Part shown: in pieces, positions 19,911-28,566 of the stretch | Position numbering within the stretch: the first letter of the stretch is position 1 | Layout of the letters: each line of letters begins with the position of its first letter | NCBI GenBank assembly: GCA_963422645.2 | Contig: CAXXVO010000013.1 | Location: 32,001-96,000, forward strand | Direction of reading: 5' to 3' | Source of the DNA: Alphaproteobacteria bacterium | Lineage (GTDB): Bacteria > Pseudomonadota > Alphaproteobacteria > UBA828 | Length of the DNA: 64,000 nt | Translations under genes and position numbers: made by a program | The notes under the pieces: model-generated | Databases searched by the model: none | Told to the model about the DNA's origin: nothing | What the model saw: only the letters and a program-made list of their open reading frames with translations

Positions 19911-21676
19911 GGCTTCGCGCCGCACTCGGCTTCCATCGTCACCAGCAGGTCGTCGATCGAGCCCGGCGTGCGGATGCCGATATTGCCCAGGTCCTGGCGC
20001 ACATCCACCGGCACATTCGAGCCCTCTATATCCTCGTTCAGAACACCGCCCATGAAGACCGGCGCGTCCAGCCGTGCGTCCCGCATCTCGTCGATCAGCT
20101 TGGTGCCGTAGCTGCGGGCGACGCCGTTGTGGGTGGTGATGACGACGGCGTCGGCAGCGGTCTCCACCGCGACCTTCACGATGTCCTCGGGATCGCGATT
20201 GATACCGCAGTCGATGACGTTGCTGCCGGCGGCATCGAGGGTGGAGGTGAGCAGGAACTTCGCGAATTCATGGACGTCGGTGCTTGCCACCACGACGTTC
20301 TTCGCCTTCAAGCCATCGACCGGGCCGCGCTGGGCGAGGCCCGCGAGGAGCGTCTGCCGCTGTTTCATAGTCTCGCGGACCAGGTCGGTCTCCAGGATCG
20401 GCTTGCGGCCGCGCAAGTAGCCGTCGTCGCGCTCGCCGGCGCCGAACAGCGTCTCGCAGGTCTCCGGGCCGAGTCGCTTGATTAGCAGCAGGACGGGTGC
20501 GGGATCGCGCGCATCGACGCCCATCTCGGCCATCGCATCCAGCGCGTTCCGGAAGAAGCGCCTGCCGCCCTCCACCAGCTCGTCGCGAAGCGCTTCGATT
20601 TTGCCCCAGTCGATGTAGGGCTCCATCATCGGCAGGTAGTCCTCGCACTTGCGGCTCACCGTCTGGACGGTCGCGACCTCCTGCCAGGTGGGGATGCGCT
20701 CGACCTCGGTCACCGGCACGGCGATCGGTGCGCCGCCGAGGCGATAACGCAGGTCCGTCATCTTCATCATCATCAAGTCGTTTACGAGCACGGCCATGTT
20801 GCCGTCGAAATCGCGCGAATAGCCGATCGTGTCTCCCTGGATGAACGAGGTCGGCACGCGATCCGGGTTCACGGCGTCGAGTGCCAGCGTCACCGCCGAC
20901 TTGATGACCGGGTTCTGGGTGAGGCCGCCCCAGGAGGGCGAATAGGCGGCGCCGATCAGCTCCTCGGAGACGTAGCGCTCCAACATCGCCCAGCCGACGT
21001 AGCTTGCGTAGTCGTGGAAGACGCCGGGGTAGCCGTCCTCAAGGTAGGAATCGAACACCACCCCCTGGCCCTTGAGCGACGCCAGCACGCCGCCAGCTTT
21101 CAGCACCGCCATCAGTTGCGCGGTCTCGTCGTCCCAGTAGGGCCAGCGCCAGGAATACTGGCTGAGCACACCAATGCAGGTGATGCCTACCTGGAGCGCG
21201 TTCACCACGTTGTCGACGGAGCCCGGCCCGCCGATCATGTTGTCGGCCGCCTCCGGCTGGATCGGCACCGTGTTGGTCATCTCCCACCAGTGCTGATCGG
21301 TCCAGAGCACGGGCCCGGTCTCCTGCGGGGCAGAGGCACGGAGCTCCTTGGGCAGCCCCATGCGCCGCTCGGCCAGCAGGTTGAAACGATCCGGCGGGCG
21401 CACGCCGCGCGAGAGGGCGTCTTCGTAGATCAGCCCCATGGCCTCGCGCGTGTCGTCCCAGGTGGCGAGGCCGATGTTCATGCAGGTGCAGGGGATGCCC
21501 TGGGCGCGCGCTTTCTCGCGCCATTCCCGCTCCGAGCCGACGCCCTTCTCTTCGCAATAGAGCGAGGTCGCCCGCTCGATCGTGAGCCCGAGCGCGCGCC
21601 CTTCCGCCACCGCCTCGCGGCCGTCAGGCAGGTCGGCAGGAATCAGCGCAGCAAGGTCGATCGCTTCGAGTGCCAT
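19907..21676 (-). CDS. Cobalamin-dependent enzyme with C-terminal B12-binding domain, function unknown
   Basis: C-terminal STDVHEFAK...ITTHNG...FMGGVL resembling the DxHxxG-SxL-GG signature; ~450 aa N-terminal domain not assignable by eye. Confidence 0.75.
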   Translation of the reverse strand: MALEAIDLAALIPADLPDGREAVAEGRALGLTIERATSLYCEEKGVGSEREWREKARAQGIPCTCMNIGLATWDDTREAMGLIYEDALSRGVRPPDRFNLLAERRMGLPKELRASAPQETGPVLWTDQHWWEMTNTVPIQPEAADNMIGGPGSVDNVVNALQVGITCIGVLSQYSWRWPYWDDETAQLMAVLKAGGVLASLKGQGVVFDSYLEDGYPGVFHDYASYVGWAMLERYVSEELIGAAYSPSWGGLTQNPVIKSAVTLALDAVNPDRVPTSFIQGDTIGYSRDFDGNMAVLVNDLMMMKMTDLRYRLGGAPIAVPVTEVERIPTWQEVATVQTVSRKCEDYLPMMEPYIDWGKIEALRDELVEGGRRFFRNALDAMAEMGVDARDPAPVLLLIKRLGPETCETLFGAGERDDGYLRGRKPILETDLVRETMKQRQTLLAGLAQRGPVDGLKAKNVVVASTDVHEFAKFLLTSTLDAAGSNVIDCGINRDPEDIVKVAVETAADAVVITTHNGVARSYGTKLIDEMRDARLDAPVFMGGVLNEDIEGSNVPVDVRQDLGNIGIRTPGSIDDLLVTMEAECGAKP

Positions 21677-21694
21677 CCGTCTCGCTCCTCGGCC

Positions 21695-22498
21695 CTACCC
21701 CGCCAGCGTCCAGCCGCCGTCGGCGAGCACCATCTGGCCGGTGATGTAGCCCGCGCCGTCTGAGGCGAGGAAGAGCACGGTCTCCGCGATCTCCTGCGGC
21801 ATGCCCATGCGCTTCAGCTGCGTCATATTGACGGCTTCCTCGACGTGCTCCGCCGGGATTCCCCAATCGGCGTCCCAATTCGCCTGGATCGGCCCGGGCG
21901 AGACGGCGTTGACCCGGATGTGCGGCGCGAGGTCGCGTGCGAGCGAGGCGGTGAAGCCGCGCACGGCGCCCTTCGCCGCGCAGTAGGAGACCGCAACGGA
22001 GTTCACCATGTTCTCCTGGTTCACGCCGTTGCCGTAGGAACCCGCGAAGTTGACGATGGCGCCGCCGCCCCGCGCTTCCATGTGCGGCACGACGGCGCGG
22101 CACATGAGGAACGTGCCCTTCACGTCGACCGCAAAGAGCGCATCCCACGCTTGCGGGTCCGTATCGGCGAAGCGCACGGCGTCCGCCGCGTCGATCCGGC
22201 CCGCCGCGTTGATCAGCACGTCGATGCCGCCGTAGCGCGCCACCGCGTCATCGACGAAGGCCTGCACCGAGCGCTCGTCGGTGATGTCCAGATGGGCCGC
22301 GTGCGCCGTGCCGCCGGCGGCCGTGATCTCGTCCACGGCCTCGGCCGCCGCATCCGCGCCGCTGCGGTAGGCCAGGGCAACGCTCGCCCCCTCACGGGCG
22401 AGTGCACGGGCGCAGGCGCCCCCCAGCGCGCCGCTCGCGCCGGTCACGATGGCGACGCGGCCTGCGAATCTGTGGCCGTCGTTCCAGCGAGCGGTCAC
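21695..22498 (-). CDS. Short-chain dehydrogenase/reductase
   Basis: TGASGALG, INAAG, YCAAK, ITGQ..ADGG; GTG at 22498 after GGAGG (the longer ORF extension is a shadow). Confidence 0.9.
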   Translation of the reverse strand: MTARWNDGHRFAGRVAIVTGASGALGGACARALAREGASVALAYRSGADAAAEAVDEITAAGGTAHAAHLDITDERSVQAFVDDAVARYGGIDVLINAAGRIDAADAVRFADTDPQAWDALFAVDVKGTFLMCRAVVPHMEARGGGAIVNFAGSYGNGVNQENMVNSVAVSYCAAKGAVRGFTASLARDLAPHIRVNAVSPGPIQANWDADWGIPAEHVEEAVNMTQLKRMGMPQEIAETVLFLASDGAGYITGQMVLADGGWTLAG

Positions 22499-22648
22499 GG
22501 AACCTCCCCCTCCTGGCTCTGTTGCGCGGAAGTGTAGAGGCCACCGTCTGAGGCGTAAACGGCGCCGCGCCCGACAACAGTGGCACGAATTCAGGCCGCG
22601 CGAGTTCTGGCGTATGCTCCGCCTGCCCACGAAGAAGCACGTCTCGCC

Positions 22649-23773
22649 ATGGCCGCCATCCTCGAAATCCAGAATGTCACGAAGACCTTCCGCGGCGGCG
22701 TGCGCGCCGTGGACGACGTGACGCTCGCGGTCGAGGAAGGCGAGTTCCTGACCATTCTCGGGCCTTCCGGCTGCGGCAAGACCACCACGCTCCGCATGGT
22801 GGGGGGCTTCGAGTATCCCGATGCAGGGCGCATCGTGCTCGACGGGCGCGACGTGACCGACCTCCCGCCATACCGGCGGCCGGTCAACATGATGTTTCAG
22901 GACTTCGCGCTCTTTCCCCACCTCACGGTGGCGCAGAACATCGGCTATGGCCTCGCCATCGCCGGCATGAAAAAGCGCGAAGCGGCGCGCGAAGTGGAGG
23001 AGGCGCTCGGCACGATCGAGCTGCTCGACAAGGCCGATCGACGGCCAGCGGAGCTTTCCATCGGCCAGAAGCAGCGCGTGGCCCTCGCCCGCGCCCTGAT
23101 CCGGCGGCCGAAGATACTGTTGCTCGACGAGCCGCTGTCGGCGCTCGACGCCAAGCTCCGTGAATCGATGCAGGTGGAACTCAAGCGCCTGCACGACCAG
23201 ATCGGCCTCACCTTCATGATGGTCACCCACGATCAGACCGAGGCCCTGGTGATGTCCGACCGGATCGTGGTGATGGATACCGGGCGCATCGTGCAGGCGG
23301 GCACACCGACGGACCTCTACGACCGACCCGAGACACCCTACGTCGCGAACTTCCTCGGCACCTCCAACATGGTTGCCGGCACCGTGACCGGGACGGCGGA
23401 CGGCACCGCGCAAGTGAGTTGCGGCGCTGCGGATATCAGCGTCGCGCTCCAGGGCGCCGCGCCGGCGGTGGGTGCCCGGGTCACATTATCGATCCGGCCC
23501 GAGAAGGTGGTGCTCAGCGGCGGAGCCGAGCTGCCGGCCGGGTTCAACAGCCTCTCCGGCCAGCTTCGCGATGTCTTCTTCCACGGCGATTCCGTCAGGC
23601 TCGCCATCGATATCGGCGCCGAGCGGCTGCTCATCGTGCACCGCCAGCTCGAAACCGGGCTCCAACAGATGCCGCTGCCGCCGGTGGGCGGCACGCTCTC
23701 CCTCGGCTTCGATCCGGCGAGCGTGATCCTCTTCGCAGGCTCCGGCGACGCATCGGCGGACAGCGCCGAATGA
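22649..23773 (+). CDS. Polyamine-type ABC ATP-binding protein (PotA-like)
   Basis: GPSGCGKTT, LSIGQKQR, LLLDEP, C-terminal TOBE-like region. Confidence 0.9.
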   Translation: MAAILEIQNVTKTFRGGVRAVDDVTLAVEEGEFLTILGPSGCGKTTTLRMVGGFEYPDAGRIVLDGRDVTDLPPYRRPVNMMFQDFALFPHLTVAQNIGYGLAIAGMKKREAAREVEEALGTIELLDKADRRPAELSIGQKQRVALARALIRRPKILLLDEPLSALDAKLRESMQVELKRLHDQIGLTFMMVTHDQTEALVMSDRIVVMDTGRIVQAGTPTDLYDRPETPYVANFLGTSNMVAGTVTGTADGTAQVSCGAADISVALQGAAPAVGARVTLSIRPEKVVLSGGAELPAGFNSLSGQLRDVFFHGDSVRLAIDIGAERLLIVHRQLETGLQQMPLPPVGGTLSLGFDPASVILFAGSGDASADSAE

Positions 23774-24506
23774 GGTACGCCCGGCGTCGCCGGCTCGAAT
23801 TCGCCGCCCTCGTCTCGGCACCTGTGATCTGGTGGGTCGTGGTCCTGTTGGTGCCTTACATTATCATGCTGATGATCAGCTTCTACCGGACGCAGTTTCC
23901 CTTCCACGTCCCCGATTTACAGGTTGCCAACTATCTGAAAATATTCGCCGAATCGCAGTACGTCACGATCCTTCTGCGCAGCCTGAAGATCTCGATCTTC
24001 GTCTCCATCGTGACCTTCGCGCTGGCCTACCCGCTGACCTATTTCCTGGTCTTCAAGGTGCGCTCGCCACGCGTCAGGACGATCATCTACGTGGCCACTA
24101 TCGTCCCGCTCTGGGTCTCCTACCTGCTGCGCGTTTACACCTGGAAAATCGTGCTCGGCACCGAGGGGATCCTGAACACCTTCCTGATCTGGATCGGCGT
24201 GGTGAACGAGCCGATCGAGGTGCTCATCTACAACCAGTTCGCCATGGTGATCACGATGGCGTACATCTTCACGCCCTTCATGGTGATGCCGATCTACGCG
24301 ACGCTGGAGAAGATCCCGCGCAGCCTGATCGAGGGCTCCAAGGACCTGGGCGTCGGTAATATCGGCACCTTCCTGCGCATTACGCTGCCGCTCTCGGTGC
24401 CGGGCATTCTGGTGGGCTTCACCTTCACCTTCTGCTTCTCGTTCGGCGACTTCATCTCGCCGCGATTGGTGGGCGGGCCCTACTCCAACATGATCTCCAA
24501 CGTGAT
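23770..24506 (+). pseudogene. PotB-like ABC permease, 3'-truncated by the mobile element
   Basis: PLWVSYLLR, IEGSKDLG..ITLPLS, GDFISPRLVGG; homology stops at NMISNVI exactly at the TGT end (24507); last TM helix and potC/potD absent. Confidence 0.8.
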
Positions 24507-24651
24507 TGTAGACGGACGAAAGTCGTTGTGAATCGGGTCAAGGGGTGGAATCAGGCGGAATCGGGCGGAAGGTGGCGGAATCTCAAGGGGATGCGGGGCG
24601 GCACGGTGGCGGTGCGGCGGCTGGCGTGCGGACGGAAGTCTTTGCGAATCG
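24507..24651 (+). repeat. Left end: terminal repeat plus spaced internal copy (putative transposase sites)
   Basis: CGGACG(A/G)AAGTC(G/T)TTG(T/C)GAATCG at 24513-24535 and 24629-24651. Confidence 0.8.
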
Positions 24652-24926
24652 GGCCGTGCAGAGGCCGTGAATTGGCTGGAAACGGCAATTTTCGGGGCGT
24701 TTCAGGGGTCTTGCGACGGCGGCAAATCGGGTCGGTTTCGGGGTATCGGATTCGGCTGGAAAATCCGGTGCGTGGCGCCCGTCCCGCGAGGCTGGCGGCG
24801 GCCCGCGCCGGGGCGCTGAATCGGCTTGAGATGGCGTGCGGCGGCGCGTAGGGTGAGCGTGGCGTCGGAAGCAGCAGTCCTCTCATGCCTTCGGGCGAGC
24901 GCGGGGTTTGCGACCCGCCCGGCGCC

Positions 24927-25664
24927 TCACTTCCCATCCCTCCTGATCGGCCCGAAGCGTCGCCTTGTGACATCGAGGTCAGCGGCCTTCGACCTGTGCA
25001 GGCTCACGATGTAGGCCTCGTCGCCACCTGCGGCCGACTTGACGACGGCCTTCCACAGGCGCCCGTCCTCTTCGAGGAAGCCCTGCGCGAAACGGCCGTT
25101 GTCCTCCACGAACATCTCCCCTTGATCGAGGATGCGCTGGAGGCGGGCGTAGTCTGCGGGTTCGAGATCGGGGTGTCGCCTGGCCTGCTTTGCGGCGGTT
25201 TCTGCGGAGAGGCGGGCGGTTCGGGAGCGTGCGCCGATGGCGGCCATGACCGGGCCTCCGAGCACGGCCGCGGGCCAGTCGGCGTCGGACCGGCCTTCGA
25301 GGTGGCGGCGGAAGAGCGCGCCGTTCCAGGGTTGGCCTATGGCGGCGCGTGCGAGGTCGGGGGGCGCGTCGTCGATCTTCTCGATCAGGCGGTTTGCGCT
25401 GTCGCGGCCCGGCCGGGCGCGGCCGGCGTTGTGCTGGAAGCCGGGATCGATGCCGGCGGGGACCTGGTGGATGCGGCCGGTGCGGCGGTTCTTCCAGGGC
25501 CTGGTGCGCCCGGAGCCGGGCGGCGGACCCTCGGACACCTTGTATCCGTAGCGTTCGAGGTCGTCGTCTCCGAGCTGCTGGACGATGCAGCGGCACTTCC
25601 ATCCGTTGGGCGGGTAGTGGGTCTTCCAGAAGGGGTGATCGACGGGGAGCACGGTGCCGTGCCA
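24927..25664 (-). pseudogene. 5'-truncated phage MuF/SPP1 gp7-like minor head protein with C-terminal PBECR-like nuclease domain
   Basis: WHGTVLPVDHPFWKTHYPPNGWKCRC, VPAGIDPGF; C-terminal KQARRHPDL..DY..AVVK..E.YIVSLHR; N-terminus replaced at 25665 by the inner element end. Confidence 0.75.
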
Positions 25665-25765
25665 TGTGAGCGTGCGCCCAGCATTTGATGGTGCGGTTTT
25701 CGGATTATTTGATGTTCGTGATGCGGCGCTTGGTTGATCTGCGAGAGCGGTGAGTGGCCTGGCTT

Positions 25766-26635
25766 TCATCGAGACCGCAGGAGCATCTCGTTCCAGTCCT
25801 TGGCGTGTCGTGGGCGCAACCTTTTCACCCTTGGATCGTTGAGCACGAGATGCTCGGCGGCAGTGTCGCCGGCGCTGTCTGCGTCGTAGGCACAGACGAT
25901 GCGACGTGGCTTCCACTCCTTGATCCAGGGCGGGACCGAGCTGGCGATGCCGGCGGTTGAGGCGACGACGGCGCCGTTCTCGCGCGTCCCCTCGACGCGC
26001 AGGCTTCGTGCAGAGATGGCGTCGACGGCGCTCTCGGTGAGGATGACGAGGGCGGGCTGGTTTCGGTCGCAGTGGAGCCAGAAGCCGCCACGCGCCTTGC
26101 GCGATCCCGGGGCCATGCCCCTGAAGCGTTTTGTTCCGGGCTGCGGCGCGGTGCCGAGGATCTCGGCGCCGGTCGTGTGCCCGCTGGCGTTTCGGCAGAT
26201 GAAGACGGCGTTGATCCTGTCATCGGCGTAGAGGAGGCCTCGGCCGTGGCAGGCTTCGAGCACGTCGGTGCCGATAGCGCGTTGGCGGATGAGGGCGTCC
26301 CGGACCCTGGGCCAGGCGCGGGGACTGGGCCTTGGCAGCCGCAGGCGTCGCGGGGCGGCTGGGATGGTGGTGATCTCCCTCCGCCCCTCATGGCTTCCGA
26401 GGAAGCGGAGGGCTTCCGGGAAGCGGCATCCCGTCGCATGGATGACGAGGTCGATGGCGCCACCCCCTCCCGTGCCGCGCAGGTGATCGAAGAACTTCTC
26501 GCCGTTGATGCTGATGACCGAGCCCCCGCGCTTGAAGCGCGCCCGGTCGGTCGGGTCTCTGCGGTAGCCGAGGGCGGCGGCGACCCGGTCGAGGGGGATG
26601 TTGCGGCAGGTGGCCAGGGGATCGCCGCCGCTCAT
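25766..26635 (-). CDS. DUF3991/Toprim-domain primase-like protein
   Basis: KFFDH..GGGGAIDLV N-terminus; Toprim LTESAVDAIS and AYDADSAG; KDWNE. Confidence 0.8.
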   Translation of the reverse strand: MSGGDPLATCRNIPLDRVAAALGYRRDPTDRARFKRGGSVISINGEKFFDHLRGTGGGGAIDLVIHATGCRFPEALRFLGSHEGRREITTIPAAPRRLRLPRPSPRAWPRVRDALIRQRAIGTDVLEACHGRGLLYADDRINAVFICRNASGHTTGAEILGTAPQPGTKRFRGMAPGSRKARGGFWLHCDRNQPALVILTESAVDAISARSLRVEGTRENGAVVASTAGIASSVPPWIKEWKPRRIVCAYDADSAGDTAAEHLVLNDPRVKRLRPRHAKDWNEMLLRSR

Positions 26636-26676
26636 TGCCGGGTCCCGGCGAAGGTCTGCTTGGAAGGGAGGCTGAC

Positions 26677-26737
26677 GGCGTTCCCGTTCCTGTACCCTTC
26701 AACGCTTAAGAGTTCCGGGAACGGGAACGGGAACGCC
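26677..26737. repeat. 14-bp perfect inverted repeat with GGGAAC iterons (putative replication origin)
   Basis: GGCGTTCCCGTTCC (26677-26690) / GGAACGGGAACGCC (26724-26737); GGGAAC x3 at 26717-26734; lies between helicase and primase genes. Confidence 0.65.
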
Positions 26738-27736
26738 TCATCCCGCACTTCCGTTGATGGCGGCAGGGGATTGCGGCTCCCGGTGCGCCTCGGCGGCTGC
26801 GAGGCGATAGCCACCCCTGGGCGCCCGTTCGATGCGCCCCTCCCTGGTGAGGCTCTCGATGGCGGCAACGACGGTGGCGTTGCGGGCAGCGGCGCGTGAG
26901 CGGATCTGGGCTTTCGAGAGCGGCTTTTCGGCCTGCTCGATCGCCTTGAAGACGCGCTGCTCGACGGTGGCGGGCTCGTGCCTGTCTTCATCTGCCGCGT
27001 CCTGGTGCAGACGGAAGGCCGGCCCATGTCCGCCGTCGACGAGTTCCAGCTCGATGTCGTTGAGGCCCCGGGCGTCGCGCTGCTCGACCGTCATGACGAT
27101 CTTCTTGTCGCGCCGGCGCAGGTACAGATTTGAGTCACCCCAAGCGTGCAGCTCGCTGCTCCCGCGCAGGGCCTGCCCCGGCCGGGTGCCGCCGCTCTTG
27201 CGGGCGTGGTGGACGAGGAGGACGGCGGTTTCGAAGCGGCGCTGCAGTTCGCGCAGGAAGCCGAGGATGGGGGCGATCTCTGCGACGGCGTTCTCGTCGA
27301 CGCTGTGCAGGCGGACCAGGGGATCGAGGATCAGGAGGCGCGGTTCGATGCGCTCCACGGTCTGCTGCAGGCGTTGACGGTCGCCGGGCCGGTCGAGACG
27401 CAGGGTGGGCACGTCGATGACGGCGATGTCGAGTTCGTCGAAGGGGGTGGCGGCGGCGCGGGCGATCCCCTGCAGACGCTTGCGCACCCTGTGGCCGGCG
27501 TCCTCGGCGGCGAAGAGCAGCACGGTGCCGCTTGCGCTGGGGCGGTAGTGGCGCAGGCATGGGACGCCGGTGGCCACGGCGACGGCGAGATCGAGCGCGA
27601 GCAGGGATTTGCCGCACTTGGGCTCGCCGCCGACGATGCCCACGGCCTGCTCGGCCCACAGCGTGTCCACCATCCACTGTTGCGCCCGGGGGCGATCCTC
27701 GAGCTGCATCGGCGCCCGTGTCGGGAAGCCCTTCAC
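26738..27736 (-). CDS. AAA_25 / RepA-like RecA-fold helicase with C-terminal wHTH-like region
   Basis: GGEPKCGKS, FAAED, LLILDPL, LVHHARK, LRGSS; GTG at 27736 overlaps the ExeA stop (GTGA). Confidence 0.82.
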   Translation of the reverse strand: MKGFPTRAPMQLEDRPRAQQWMVDTLWAEQAVGIVGGEPKCGKSLLALDLAVAVATGVPCLRHYRPSASGTVLLFAAEDAGHRVRKRLQGIARAAATPFDELDIAVIDVPTLRLDRPGDRQRLQQTVERIEPRLLILDPLVRLHSVDENAVAEIAPILGFLRELQRRFETAVLLVHHARKSGGTRPGQALRGSSELHAWGDSNLYLRRRDKKIVMTVEQRDARGLNDIELELVDGGHGPAFRLHQDAADEDRHEPATVEQRVFKAIEQAEKPLSKAQIRSRAAARNATVVAAIESLTREGRIERAPRGGYRLAAAEAHREPQSPAAINGSAG

Positions 27737-28566
27737 CGCCGTGCCCTCTTCGGCTTGGCGGGCTCGCCCAGGATCTCCATGAAGAGCTTCTCGTCGAGAA
27801 CCTCGCGGTTCTTCTCGGCGCCGGCGGCGAGCAGCATGTCGCCCATGACGGTAAGCGCCCTGGGGTTGCCGCCGGCGTGGGTGACCAGGGTGTCCTTGAG
27901 CTCTGCGCTCATGAGGCCCGGATTGCCGGCCTGCTCGACCAGATGGTCGAGCAGGGCCGCGAGGTCGCCGGCGTCTGCCTGGGTCATGACCAGGCGCTGG
28001 CGCAGGCGCGAGGCGATGGGCTGCAAGTCGGGCTGGCGGAGCCTGTCGATCAGGCGGCTGTCGCCGGCGAAGACGACCGAGAGGATGGCGCGCGAGTCGA
28101 AGTCGGTGGACGCCAGCAGGCGGATCTCGGAGATCACCGAGGGCAGCAGCTCCTGGGCCTCGTCGATGAGCACCACGGGCCGCATGCGGGTGTCGTCGAC
28201 ATGGGTGAGCCATCGCTCGCGCAGGTTTTTGAAGCTGGCCCAGCGGTTGTTGTACATCAGGTCGACGCCGAACATCCCGCCGATCTCGCGGTAGAAGTCG
28301 GACAGCCTGGAAGAGGGGTGGGTGATGGCACAGACCCTGAGCCCGTCCGAGCGGCCGAGGCGGTCGGCGAGCACGCGCAACGCCACGCTCTTTCCGGTGC
28401 CGGGCTCGCCGGCGATCAACGCGAAGCCGCCCTGGCGCACAAGATGATGCTCGATTCTGAGGCAGAAGCTGTCGACGGCGGGGCTCACCATGAGGCTGTC
28501 GACCGGAAGGTCGGTGGCGAAGGGGTTCCATTTGAGCCCGTAGAAGGTGAGCAGCTCGCGGTTCAT
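27733..28566 (-). CDS. ExeA-family AAA+ ATPase (transposition helper)
   Basis: FYGLKWNPF, GEPGTGKS, VLIDEAQ, GGNPRAL; directly downstream of the transposase. Confidence 0.88.
   Translation of the reverse strand: MNRELLTFYGLKWNPFATDLPVDSLMVSPAVDSFCLRIEHHLVRQGGFALIAGEPGTGKSVALRVLADRLGRSDGLRVCAITHPSSRLSDFYREIGGMFGVDLMYNNRWASFKNLRERWLTHVDDTRMRPVVLIDEAQELLPSVISEIRLLASTDFDSRAILSVVFAGDSRLIDRLRQPDLQPIASRLRQRLVMTQADAGDLAALLDHLVEQAGNPGLMSAELKDTLVTHAGGNPRALTVMGDMLLAAGAEKNREVLDEKLFMEILGEPAKPKRARR

Noticed and set aside
21695-23413. 572-aa SDR with a long N-terminal extension
   Set aside because: The extension is the antisense of the PotA-like gene; RBS and GTG at 22498 define the SDR
24543-24651. CRISPR-like array or CRISPR-associated transposon
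   Set aside because: Repeats are short, with no unique spacers of constant length; no cas or tniQ/tnsD gene seen in the window
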